DNA from: Mizuhopecten yessoensis
Taxonomy: Eukaryota
Length of the DNA: 64,000 nucleotides
Direction of reading: 5' to 3'
Assembly: GCF_002113885.1 (NCBI RefSeq)
Contig: NW_018403450.1
Location: 471,471 to 535,470, forward strand
Part shown: one piece after another, positions 40,014 through 53,018 of the stretch
How the letters are laid out: each line of letters begins with the position of its first letter
Position numbering within the stretch: position 1 is the first letter of the stretch
The notes under the pieces: model-generated
Databases searched by the model: none
What the model saw: only the letters and a program-made list of their open reading frames with translations
What the model was told of the DNA's origin: nothing
Translations under genes and position numbers: made by a program

Positions 40014-40944
40014 TTAATTGGTTGAGCTGCCTCATCAACGGAAGTGTCCTGCTCCAACAGTCCATAACTATTATATACAAACTGAAGTTAAGGGTAGTTT
40101 ACTGTATAAAGGAAAATCCACATGGATCCATTTAAACTCAAACTGAATCCACATGCTATTCTTTCTTTACCTTCCTTTTGAACATTGGAAATGTTTTGTA
40201 AACAACTAACAGGTTTGGTGCAAAGTAACATGTGCTGCTTGCAAGTATAAATATTTTTTGGCCCCTTCAAATCCTTTAATTGCCATCATTTTGTAAATAC
40301 ATGTGTAGGTCTGTTATCAGGAAAAGAGGTATGGCGTTTAGCATAGCTTATTAATGCAAATGTGCTGTATATGTATTTTACTTGCCAGAAAGCAAACGGA
40401 AAACATCTCTCTTACACTGGGCCTGTTGGTACAAAATGGTGTTCTGATAAATCTACTTTATAGACTCTTAGTCTAATAGGCCAATAAACTGATTAGTTGA
40501 CCGCAGATCTAGATCTCATGATCGATTATAGACGTTATACAATTGTGTATAGATAATATTGAGTGTTACGTAGAGGGATTCAAGGATTTCAAGCCTATCC
40601 CCTTGGTAGATACTTAAACAAGATTAAAGAAACAGAATTATCCTGCGATATTGGCATCCTCACCGACTTACCTTTCCTTTCAAGCCTACTTAGGACTATA
40701 AATAACAGATTTATTGATTGAAGGAACGTATTTCTTACATTGTATTAATTTTATTTGCAAACCACTTGCAACAACAGCATGGACGGCTTCAAAAAATATT
40801 TAAAAAAAATAATTATTAACAGATCATTCATTATCTAATGGTAACCAATGATTAATAAAAAAAAATCACTCAAATCCTGACCCAATATGGGCCCTTCTTA
40901 ACATTGTACGTACCTGTCACAAAACAAACTAAAACCAAAACCCT

Positions 40945-41135
40945 TGATATATATATATACATATATATACATATGGGTCAAAGAAGTAATATAGACGGTA
41001 AAAATCTCATATATATATTCATAAATATATATATATATATATACATATATATACATATGGGTCAAAGAAGTAATATAGACGGTAAAAATCCCATATATAT
41101 ACATTAATATACATATATATACATATATATACATC
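40945..41135 (+). repeat. (AT)n-rich local duplication
   Basis: catatgggtcaaagaagtaatatagacggtaaaaatc occurs twice, embedded in an AT microsatellite. Confidence 0.8.
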
Positions 41136-41697
41136 AATCCTTCCACGAAAACTAAATAGTGAATTGTCTACCTCTTTTCGACAAAGGGGCTTTTCTACCA
41201 ACAAAAAGCATGACTTACGTAAAATAATGTGATTTTTTAATTGATTTTTGGGAAAATATAGCAGGAATTATCCAAAGGAAGGGGGACTTATATCATAGCC
41301 AAATTAATTTTTAATCACTGAACCCAACAGAACACCAAGGCCCTTCTGTTTTAGGTATTGATTTGTCTGTGGCCTGAATTTCTAACAAGATTTTGTTTAT
41401 TCTGTTTTATATATAGTAAGGCTATTTTTCACACCCAACCTTACAATTAACAATTTAAAGATTTACGTGAAATCTGCTGTCTGGCAGCAGAAGTAGGCCA
41501 ATAGAATTAGATATCTCAATCTAATGCACAGGGAAAACATCTTATACAATGGAGAGTAATGAATTGGTTGAAAAGGTGGTTTCAGTAAAGTATAAGAAAT
41601 ATTGCATTTGCATGTCAGAAATGATAGGGTGTTACAATAATAATATGTCAGATTATGCAAGATTCACTAAAAGTCACATTATTTTGTAAAGTAACAT

Positions 41698-43223
41698 TCA
41701 CATCATTAGGGGATCGTCTTATGTGATGGGTCACACCATTAGGGGATGGTCTGAATTAACAGGTCACACCTTTAGGGGGTAGTCTTATGTGATGGGTCAC
41801 ACCATTAGGGGATGGTCTGAATTAACAGGTCACACCTTTAGGGGGTAGTCTTATGTGATGGGTCACACCATTAGGGGATGGTCTGAATTAACAGGTTACA
41901 CCATTAGGGGGTAGTCTTATGTAAAGGGTCACACCATTAGGGGATGGTCTGAATTAACAGGTTACACCATTAGGGGGTAGTCTTATGTAAAGGGTCACAC
42001 CATTAGGGGATGGTCTGAATTAACAGGTTACACCATTAGGGGGTAGTCTTATGTAAAGGGTCACACCATTAGGGGATGGTCTGAATTAACAGGTTACACC
42101 ATTAGGGGGTAGTCTTATGTAAAGGGTCACACCATTAGGGGATGGTCTGAATTAACAGGTTACACCATTAGGGGGTAGTCTTATGTAAAGGGTCACACCA
42201 TTAGGGGATGGTCTGAATTAACAGGTTACACCATTAGGGGGTAGTCTTATGTAAAGGGTCACACCATTAGGGGATGGTCTGAATTAACAGGTTACACCAT
42301 TAGGGGGTAGTCTTATGTAAAGGGTCACACCATTAGGGGATGGTCTGAATTAACAGGTTACACCATTAGGGGGTAGTCTTATGTAAAGGGTCACACCATT
42401 AGGGGATGGTCTGAATTAACAGGTTACACCATTAGGGGGTAGTCTTATGTAAAGGGTCACACCATTAGGGGATGGTCTGAATTAACAGGTTACACCATTA
42501 GGGGGTAGTCTTATGTAAAGGGTCACACCATTAGGGGATGGTCTGAATTAACAGGTTACACCATTAGGGGGTAGTCTTATGTAAAGGGTCACACCATTAG
42601 GGGATGGTCTGAATTAACAGGTTACACCATTAGGGGGTAGTCTTATGTAAAGGGTCACACCATTAGGGGATGGTCTGAATTAACAGGTTACACCATTAGG
42701 GGGTAGTCTTATGTAAAGGGTCACACCATTAGGGGATGGTCTGAATTAACAGGTTACACCATTAGGGGGTAGTCTTATGTAAAGGGTCACACCATTAGGG
42801 GATGGTCTGAATTAACAGGTTACACCATTAGGGGGTAGTCTTATGTAAAGGGTCACACCATTAGGGGATGGTCTGAATTAACAGGTTACACCATTAGGGG
42901 GTAGTCTTATGTAAAGGGTCACACCATTAGGGGATGGTCTGAATTAACAGGTTACACCATTAGGGGGTAGTCTTATGTAAAGGGTCACACCATTAGGGGA
43001 TGGTCTGAATTAACAGGTTACACCATTAGGGGGTAGTCTTATGTAAAGGGTCACACCATTAGGGGATGGTCTGAATTAACAGGTTACACCATTAGGGGGT
43101 AGTCTTATGTAAAGGGTCACACCATTAGGGGATGGTCTGAATTAACAGGTTACACCATTAGGGGGTAGTCTTATGTGATGGGTCACACCATTAGGGGATC
43201 GTCTGAATTAACAGGTCACACCA
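41698..43223 (+). repeat. 66-bp dimeric (2 x 33 bp) minisatellite, about 23 units
   Basis: GGTCACACCATTAGGGGATGGTCTGAATTAACA alternates with GGTTACACCATTAGGGGGTAGTCTTATGTAAAG. The central units appear identical. Confidence 0.97.
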
Positions 43224-44378
43224 TAAAGCAATTTCATCTACAAAACTTCAATATTGTTAAAAACAATTATTCTGTATCTGTCAATTAGACTAAGGTTTGA
43301 TGCTTTTAGCACTGATCGTTGGCATCTCTGATTCTAAAGACTGAACTCAGATTTGGTTTCACTAATCAGATCTTAACAAATCAAGAGTGTAGTTTCCTTT
43401 TCCTGCTTAACTGGTTTCGGATTGATTCATACACTTACACGTATGGAATGTAGGTCAGACGAAATGTAATGGGTTCATATATCTTCATTGCATGGAATTA
43501 CACAAAATTTAAATTAATCCCTTACTTGACTTTATATAAGAGTCTAATTTTACTGCATGGGTCAATTAACGCTGACAAAAGATGGATGTTAAAGACATCA
43601 AATCTGAGCAGAGATAAAGCTTGTTGAACTATCGCAGAAAAAACCAAAAGTACCATCATGTACACTGTGTCCTAGCTTCCAAATGATATGAATGTTTGCT
43701 CCAACCTCTATAAACTGTTCACGTCCAAGATAAAGTATATGGCATATGAGATGACTTCTTCCCTCCTCCTGGGCTAGTGTTTCTCTATTCCACACTTTCT
43801 CTGGTGCATTAAGTTATCCTTGTCTCACGGTTATTAAGGTTGAGGCATGTGGATTTCAGTAGACTTTGACTTTTTGTCAACATTGCATAATACAATGCAT
43901 GAACTCCATTCACCACAATGTAACTTATGTTAAATGATCCCCATTCCAAACACTGTGTCTGCTAAGTGCTCAATCTTGGTTTGTTAAAAGGAATGTGTGT
44001 GCATTATTATTGTGTATCTTAGCACAAATTGGCCAAACCTAGAATTCATAACCATTTTCACCTTAAGATGTTACCAGTAGTTATATAAATCTTTATATTA
44101 TTCATAACTATGGACAGGACAGGACTGACAGGGACGTACAGAAACTGAAATCAGTGCTTGTTATTTTTGTCAAGTAGGGAAACGTTCTAGTATTAAAGAA
44201 CCCACTTAAGATTGGCAGATTGACTTCACTGTTCCCCTGTTTTTGTCATGTTACATGAAGATGGAGTGTGTGTCGGAGTTTACTAGGCCAGACTGTCACA
44301 GACAAGGGTCAGGCTGTCACAGGCTTTGATCTGTATAGGGCAAAAAACATCAAGACTTGAGAAACAAAATGTTATTAA

Positions 44379-44461
44379 CCCTTTCACCCCTAGGTAACTT
44401 TAGTAGACTCTACTATGCATTGATCTGGATGACTCCATTATGGTCTACAGTGGTGAAAGGG
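44379..44461. mobile_element. 83-bp TTAA-flanked micro-MITE
   Basis: TTAA|CCCTTTCACC...GGTGAAAGGG|TTAA; perfect short TIRs with CCC/GGG ends. Confidence 0.8.
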
Positions 44462-45055
44462 TTAAGTGGAGAAACGTTTACTTGAATTGCAAATTAGTAC
44501 ATGAATACAGCTTAAATGTAATTGCATGCTGTCCTTGTCATCAGCCAGATAGAAGATTCACTCTTTTAATTGACACCTGCCATGTTTATATTTGTGTTAA
44601 TATTATAATTGATATTTTTAAGAATATAGATGCTGTAAGTTATTTATTGAATCTGCAGATTTCTTAATCACCTGTAAAAGTTTTGCAAGTAACTTAAAAG
44701 GTCAACTTTAACTCCATTTCTAAATTTTAAATTGTATATATTTATACGATTTAATTTAAAATATCAGATCTAAACCAAAAGTAACGATTGAATTAAAGAC
44801 ATTTTAAGTAATGGGAAAAACAGTTATTTTGAATCATAATATGTTCATTACTGCAAGCAGAGATATTGAATTACTACTAAGTGTTTGCATGTTTTGTAAT
44901 CGTAATTTCTAAAGAGAAGGAGTACTTGAATGATTAAAGACTTTGGTGTTGTATCATGTGTAAGTATGGTTGCCATATATATTATATTGTACATATAAAA
45001 CACCAATGTGAATCTTTCTACTTCTTTGAACGGTTTACCTAATTAATGGAGATCT

Positions 45056-45410
45056 GGAGGCGCGGTAGTCTAGTGGTCGGACGCCGGGCTCGCGACTGAA
45101 GGGTTCGAGTCACGGCACGGGACTGTGTTGTATCTTTGAGCAAGATACTTTACTCCGCTGGTTCCAGTCTACTCAGCTGTAAATGAGTACGTGGTTGGGC
45201 AGTGCTAGAATTGTTGAATGCTAGCTGTAAGCGCTGAAATGGCAGCTCCGGCTGTATGCTCCCCATGGAGTTGAGAAAGATATTGACTGGTTGCAAAGGT
45301 CCTATGACCATGGATAATAGTTTGTGAACCGCTTTGAGACGACCTACGAACTAGGTTGTTATAAAGCCGTATATATAAGAACCTCAAATTATTTCTATTA
45401 TCATCATTAT
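45056..45410 (+). mobile_element. tRNA-derived SINE with a Meta/Deu-like body and an L2-type 3' tail
   Basis: A box TAGTCTAGTGG and B box GGTTCGAGTC. Body TGTATCTTTGAGCAAGATACTTTAC...CAGCTGTAAATGAGTAC...GCTGTATGCTCCCC. Tail CGCTTTGAG...TATATAAGAAC plus an (ATT)n-like end. Confidence 0.8.
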
Positions 45411-45469
45411 AAGTTCTCGTGTATGATGTGCTATTCTGTAACTTACCTGTGCTCCTCTGTCTGTTGCAG

Positions 45470-45513
45470 TCATTCCAGGGAAGCCAGGGAAGAGCATACC
45501 TGTTCAACTCTGT
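45470..45513 (+). CDS. YPEL1/2: Yippee-like protein, coding exon 2: SFQGSQGRAYLFNS(V)
   Basis: 44-nt exon between acceptor ctctgtctgttgcag and donor gtaagt. It translates to the conserved YPEL segment SFQGSQGRAYLFNSV and its phase matches both neighbouring exons. Confidence 0.97.
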
Positions 45514-45566
45514 GTAAGTACGGCTGTTAAACACTCACATCTACTCCTCCTTGTGGACTTGGTGGA

Positions 45567-45697
45567 ATGAGGCCCAATGAAACCATTGTGTGGTGTAAAT
45601 TGTCCCCAAAACAGTTTTTCTCCTACTGTGTAATGAGGCCCAATGAAACCATTGTGTGGTGTAAATTGTCCCCAAAACATTTTTTCTCCTACTGTAC
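45567..45697 (+). repeat. About 65-bp tandem duplication just downstream of coding exon 2
   Basis: aatgaggcccaatgaaaccattgtgtggtgtaaattgtccccaaaaca...tcctactgt occurs twice. Confidence 0.9.
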
Positions 45698-48142
45698 CAC
45701 TTTCTTTAGTGAACCGGCCTTGCTTAGTTGCTAACCACGTGCACATCGTTTCACTGTGTTTTGGTATGAAATAATCTTATAGTGTCAATAAGAGGTTTCC
45801 AATAATCATATCAATCATTGTTAAAATTTGTCTGCAGTTTCTATGGAAAAATTAACTAAATGTATATAGATGCTGGTTAAAATCACCTTTTCAATCTGCT
45901 TTTGTGGTGTTAATGGTTTTAGGTTCAAACTTTTACTTGCCTGCTGAAACAAGGTGTAGTACAGTGTGACATGTCCATCCATTTGTTAAGGTAATAGGTT
46001 TGTGTCACCATTTTTCAGTAGGATTTCTTCAAATTTTGTAGTTATATTGCTTTGAAGTAAAGCAAATTTTCTGCCACAAAAAAAAATATCGGTTGTCAGA
46101 ATTTTAAGGATTTTAAATGGAAATTTATGCAAAAAGGAATGAATTTTGAAAAAAAATGAAAGACACAATTTTTTGCAAAATAATGACAATAAAAATAATA
46201 CTGCCATAGTATTGCATTAATGTATATCAATTTAATAAATACTGAAATTGTGTAAAATGAATTATTTATAAACGATTAAAAATTGACATTTTATAATAAA
46301 ACCATATACACATAGTAATTGCATGTAAGAGTTATCTTTCTTGAAAAACTTCACAGTAGTGAAATAGGTAACCAGTTTCCTGAAATACAGAAAAATGGAC
46401 ACATGTGACTCATTGATAAAAAAAACCTGAATAAATGTCTGGATTGCTTTGAAATACTTTAATATCGAGAGAACACACTGTTCTGTTAATAATAAACATA
46501 CAATATTCAACAGTTTAAGATTAAACAATGGACTCATTAGAATATGCGGAAATTGTGATACTGTCTCCCTACATTAGATTTTCAACTAGGGATGCACTTC
46601 CTATTTCCGTTTATCAATACACTCATTCGACCTTAACTTTGAATTTGGAAAACTCCTCCTCATTTTCTCTACATGTTTATTAGACATATAGCTCAAGAAC
46701 TTATGTACAGAGTTGTTGCCCTTTGTTTGCAATCATTAAATGCCAACTAGTGTCTCAGTTTCGAAAAAAAATCTTTGAAAGTTGGAAAGGTTTACCATTA
46801 ATTATTAGTTCACCTCTGTTACTACAGTTAATTATGTATTAAAGCATTTCCAACCTGTCCTAACAACAAAAGTCAATCAGCTTTCCTCTGATATCTCGGA
46901 AACTAATGGTGTAACTACAGTTATAATACCACAATCAATGAATTACTCTGTAAAATTACAAAAGCAGAACTCTTCAATTTAGTTCACACATTCCTGCTAT
47001 TTCTGTTGGCCCTAACCATTTCCACAACTCAACTTGCTTCCTGAATACAAAACAATAAAATTGTTTTGAAAACTAAACATTTTTTTAAAGAATTCACAAA
47101 TTGCAAAAAATGGATGGAGGGATAGAGAACCTCATAAAACCAATATAAACAGTGAACATTATAAAGGGAACAGGAAAATAAACCAGCTATCATTTTGTTA
47201 TACATATGAGATTGTTGTCATATTCCTGTTGTGAGTGGGACAGAATTGAACTTAAAATGTACAATGTCTTTATTTGAGTTCCATTAAGTAAATATAATTA
47301 TAGGTGTGGTTTGCATCAAAACCACAAAGTCTATACTGAGCATTAAAAAAACAAGTTATATACAAATAGTCATTGAATGATATCAGGAAACTCATCCGGC
47401 CGTGTAGACTGACTTAATGCATTGTAACCTTGTGTTTTACTGGAGACAATAAAAGTACTGACCTAGCTCATGGGAACACTATCTTGAGGAGTGTCACAGA
47501 TTATACGGATATTTCTGCTCAGTGTCTCGAAATGGGGACAGGTCAGTTTGTACAATCCTATACCAGTAAATGGATACCAGTAGGTATACCTTATGCATGA
47601 TGTAGATTATGTGCCAAAGCCATGAATTCAGGGGGTTTTAGAGGGTCATCAAGTCTGTATAAAAAAGTGGTTCAACATGCATGGTACTTGGATTAATTAA
47701 ACGTCTTGGGGCTTTGACAATTTTCTGTCAACTTAGACACCAACCTCTTTGGGTCAATTTTTTTTCCTAATTTTTCAAGTGATTAAAAAAAAATGTTTGA
47801 TCTTCATAGTTCTATCCATTAATTAAAAACATAACCTTGTATTAAACACATAGATAGAGGTTTGAATGAGTCAGATGTGCCAATAGCTTGTGGGAACATA
47901 ATACAAATGTTAACCGATTCATAAATGATCATAATGACACCTGTTACCAAAGGTTGTCAGATAGAATGAACTAATATTGGCACATAGAAATGGTCGACCA
48001 AAATATCTGAGACACCTTAATTTACTAACCTATAAGATATTCCCAGGGGCACCATCACGAATGCTCGGTAGTCCCAAAAATTATACCCAAGTCAGGAAAT
48101 AAAACACAGTAGTCTACGGTAGATTTCAGTCTGATTTCATTT

Positions 48143-50428
48143 TAATTCATTAACAGAGTTAGTCGGTACTATATAAGGTCCAGTGGTAGAATTCATTAAC
48201 AGCGTTAGTCTGTACTGTATAAGGTCCATTAGTAGAATTCATTAACAGAGAAAGTCGGTACTATATAAGGTCCATTGGTTGAATTCATTAACAGAGTTAG
48301 TCAGTACTGTATAAGGTCCATTGGTAGGATTCATTAACAGAGTTAGTCGTTACTATATAAGGTCCATTGGTAGAATTGATTAACAGAGTTAGTCGGTTCT
48401 ATATAAGGTCCATTGGTACAATTCATTAAGAGTTAGTCGGTATTATATAATAAGTTCCAGTGGTAGAGTGGGTACTATATAAGGTCCATCGGTAGAATTC
48501 ATTAACAGATTTAGTCGGTACTGTATAAGGTCCATTAGTAGAATTCATTAACAGAGTTAGTCAGTACTGTATAAGGTCCATTGGTAGAATTGATTAACAG
48601 AGTTAGTCGGTCCTGTATAAGGTCCATTGGTAGAATTCACCAACAGAGTTAGTCGGTACTGGATAAGGTCCATTGGTAGAATTGATTAACAGAGTTAGTC
48701 GGTACTGTATAAGGTCCATTAGTAGAATTCATTAACAGAGCTAGTCGGTACTATATAAGGCCCATTGGTAGAATTCATTAAGAGTTAGTCGGTATTATAT
48801 AATAAGTTCCAGTGGTAGAGTGGGTACTATATAAGGTCCATCGGTAGAATTCGTTAACAGAGTTAGTCGGTAATATTTAAGGTCCATTGGTAGAATTCGT
48901 TAACAGAGTAAGTCGGTACTGTTTAAGGTCAATTGGTAGAATTCATTAAGAGTTAGTCGGTATTATATAATAAGTTCCAGTGGTAGAGTGGGTACTATAT
49001 AAGGTCCATAGGTAGAATTCATTAACAGATTTAGTCGGTACTGTATAAGGTCCATTGGTAGGATTCATTAACAGAGTTAGTCGGTTCTATATAAGGTTCA
49101 TTGGTAGAATTCATTAACCGAGTTAGTCGGTACTCTATAAGGTCCATTGGTAGAATTGATTAACAGAGTTAGTCGGTACTGGATAAGGTCCATTGGTAGA
49201 ATTCATTAAAAGAGTTAGTCGGTACTATATAAGGACCATTTGTAGAATTCATTAACATAGTTAGTCGGTACTGTATAAGGTCCATTGGTAGGATTCATTA
49301 ACAGAGTTAGTCGTTACTCTATAAGGTCCATTGGTAGAATTGATTAACAGAGTTAGTCGGTCCTATATAAGGTCCATTGGTTGAATTCATTAACAGAGTT
49401 AGCCGGTACTATATAAGGTCCAGTGGTAGAATTCATTAACAGAGATAGTCAGTACTATATAAGGTCCATTGGTATAATTCATTAACAGAGTAAGACGGTA
49501 CTATATAAGGTCCATAGGTAGAATTCATTAACAGATTTAGTCGGTACTATATAAGGCCCATTGGTAGAATTCATTAAGAGTTAGTCGGTATTATATAATA
49601 AGTTCCAGTGGTAGAGTGGGTACTATATAAGGTCCATCGGTAGAATTCATTAACAGAGTAAGTCGGTACTGTATAAGGTCCATTAGTAGAATTCATTAAC
49701 AGAGTTAGCCGGTACTATATAAGGTCCATCGGTAGAATTCGTTAACAGAGTAAGTCGGTACTGTATAAGGTCCATTGGTAGAATTGATTAACAGAGTTAG
49801 TCGGTTCTATATAAGGTTCATTGGTAGAATTCATTAAAAGAGTTAGTCGGTACTATATAAGGACCATTTGTAGAATTCATTAACAGATTTAGTCGGTACT
49901 ATATAAGGACCATTTGTAGAATTCATTAACATAGTTAGTCGGTACTGTATAAGGTCCATTGGTAGAATTGATTAACAGAGTTAGTCGGTCCTGTATAAGG
50001 TCCATTGGTAGGATTCATTAACAGAGTTAGTCAGTACTGTATAAGGTCCATTAGTAGAATTCATTAACAGAGCTAGTCGGTACTATATAAGGTCCATAGG
50101 TAGAATTCATTAACAGATTTAGTCGGTACTATATAAGGACCATTTGTAGAATTCATTAACAGAGTAAGTCCGTACTGTATAAGGTCCATTGGTAGGATTC
50201 ATTAACAGAGTTAGTCGGTAATATTTAAGGTCCATTGGTAGAATTGATTAACAGAGTTAGTCGGTACTACATAAGGTCCATCGGTAGAATTCGTTAACAG
50301 AGAAAGTCGGTACTATATAAGGTGCATTGGTAGAATTCATTAAAAGAGTTAGTCGGTACTATATAAGGTCCATTGGTAGAATTCATTAAGAGTTAGTCGG
50401 TATTATATAATAAGTTCCAGTGGTAGAG
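48143..50428 (+). repeat. 46-bp minisatellite, about 49 units, with an EcoRI site in most units
   Basis: Unit GAATTCATTAACAGAGTTAGTCGGTACTATATAAGGTCCATTGGTA with shuffled variants. Confidence 0.97.
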
Positions 50429-52296
50429 AAGAAAACCTGACATTTATATTTTTCATTATAGTAATCTGAATTATGAAGAAGACAAAAATGATGTGAAGGA
50501 GGTTGATCTAAGACTGTGATGGTCGAGTGAAATATATAACAACAGTTTTGTATAATCACAAACACACTAACTGAACTGGTACATTGTACTGAAATGTTGA
50601 ATCCAAATTAAAAATACAATGAACAAAGGAACCAAGGAGACAATAAGAATGGCAGTATAAAACCCCAGGTAATTGTTTAAAGGTCGCATACATTTGTTGT
50701 TGCTATCAGATGCACCAGCCAAAGGTTTTACCTTCAAAACCAGGAGAAACTCTGAATGATATAATAAACAGGGTGAAATACCAGATGGAAACATTGACCT
50801 ATGGGAGATGGTTGTGTTTCAATAGAGTTACAAGCAATTCCTGCAATATAATACAACTTTCATTATTGCCACATTTAAAAACTGCTCTCTGTGACTAGTA
50901 AGCTCTTGACACACTACGTCTGTGCATGAGTTGGCAGAAATTGAAATCAAGTAGCTGGAAAGTAAAAAGGTTCATGATAACTGTTATGTCCTACTGTGTT
51001 TATGAAAACCTCTCTGTTGGGAAACCCTGACTACACCATTTATTGATCCTTTGGAAATATATAGTAAGATAAATCCAGAAAGTGAAATTTATACTATCAT
51101 GTTTATCTTGTTCTTTGTTTAAAAATAAGCTTATTAGGAGACATGTCAGACTTTTGGTTTCATAACTTCAGGAAGGGAAAAAAAACAAACTTTCAAGGGC
51201 TCCTTCTCAAAATAAGGATAAAAGTTTGAGAGCCTGGTGGTGGTATTTTTATGACACAGTATATGAGAATATCTCCGGAAAAAATCCATATAAAAAAAAA
51301 TGCTTTGTCTCAGTTTTAACTGCAGATTATTGCTATCGATAGTTTGCTGTCAATTCATGAACAGTGGTGACGATTGCTGGAGAAATCTTTGTGTGACAGA
51401 CCTAAAAGTTGGTGAAATAAAAATTGTGTCTGTTGATAGTCTACGTACAACATAGAAGTAGCAGAGATAAGAGGTTGCTTTTAAAAACCATTTACGTTTT
51501 AAAATGTTGTTGATATCTAGGTATGAACTACAAAAACATTTTTGTATCACATTAGACTCAACGAGACAGAAACATATGTTAGATACAGGTACAGTGGTGC
51601 AGGCCATCACAACGTATAAGTTTAATATTTCTGCTTGATTGCATTACCTGATAGGGGAGAGTGCCCCTGTACGTTAGCTATAGGAGGTAAAGTAGAGAGG
51701 GTTGATAGATAAGCAGTTGTATGTGGGTTAGATATTGTTTAGTCAGTATTTATGTTTGCCATCAGCTGTAGTTAATGTACACACACTGCATATCTGCATG
51801 CACAGGATCACAACACAATTTTCACTTGGTGCCTGGTTATTCTCAACTTTGATAGATGCTTCTATTTTTATACCTTGTAGCATTTTACATTTCCTCAATT
51901 GTGTAATCAAGGATGATATACAAACCCGGAATCAAACCCCTCTAAACTTACGCTTGCTCTGCCAACGACTCCAGCATCTAGCATCCACGTCTTCCTGGAC
52001 TCACCCCCACCAAAGTTTCCTAACAGTCTAGTTTTGTTTTTAAATATTCAGGGAACGGTTATGTAATAAACATATACTCACAAAACAAGCAGATATCTAT
52101 TAAAATACCTTCTAATTATTCAACAACTCCATTCACAAACAACAAGTGCTGATTTTGCCAACAAGGGAGTCATTTTCGATAATCAGCATTTATACTTAGG
52201 TACCAATTTCTTGAAACCACCCTTTTAACTCTTCAATGCCTACATTAATTAAGAAAATAACACTGTGACCATATAAAGAAAACCATTTGATTAATA

Positions 52297-52379
52297 CATA
52301 CTTCACCCCTACATATTTAAAGTGGACTTTCCCAGTCATCCATTTCGTTATATTCAATTGTGACTTTAAGGGTGATGGG
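52297..52379. mobile_element. Degenerate TTAA micro-MITE
   Basis: ttcacccct...cccagtc...tgtgactttaagggtgatggg|TTAA, similar to the 56290 copy. The left end is eroded. Confidence 0.6.
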
Positions 52380-53018
52380 TTAATTAATTGGCATAGTCCA
52401 AGTAATCTAATACTGCAGGTATAATACTGCAGGTAAGTTAAGAAATATAACTACAGAAGTGGCTAGGCAACAACCACACCCTGTCTGTGTCAGATATTTG
52501 AATGATCTTTTCCAAACTTATTTTTAAATTATACATAATATGATGAAACATTGTCTATTAGTGTACGTAACATCATTGAATACACGGTCTTTAACCATTA
52601 TCACAGTGCAAGCTAACATTGCTATGTGCAGTGAAAAGACAGAATTGTTTGTATTAAAAAACATTTATAAACGGCTTTGAGGATCTAACAGCTGGGCAAG
52701 TGAAACCACATGCTACTGTCAACGTATAAAGAATAGTTAATGAGGTATAAATAGGCCAGGTAGTGATACTGTAGATGCACTACATTGTATGTGGGTAGTG
52801 ATGCAATCTCAATCTCAGCCAGCTGGAGATTTGTCAAATCCGTCGGGAATCCTTACTTTGACAGTTAAGTCTGGGGTGTTGTGTGCTGGTAGTGTTGTGT
52901 TATATAGGTAGTTATAAAGTCAAAAGATAGCCAGATGATGTATACAATTGATACAAATGTTTATAAATGCCATGGAATTGGTGAAGATGCTGTAACAATA
53001 GGTACTTTAAAAGTGGTT

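Noticed and set aside
41698-43223. CRISPR-like look (constant CACCATTAGGGG with intervening sequence)
   Set aside because: The intervening sequences are just two alternating identical sequences, there are no cas genes, and the context is a eukaryotic intron.
45104-45118. GAGTCACGGCAC in the SINE head matching the tRNA-His 3' end and complementary to the TRIM PBS
   Set aside because: It is a short match inside a generic B-box region and cannot be distinguished from chance in a single copy.
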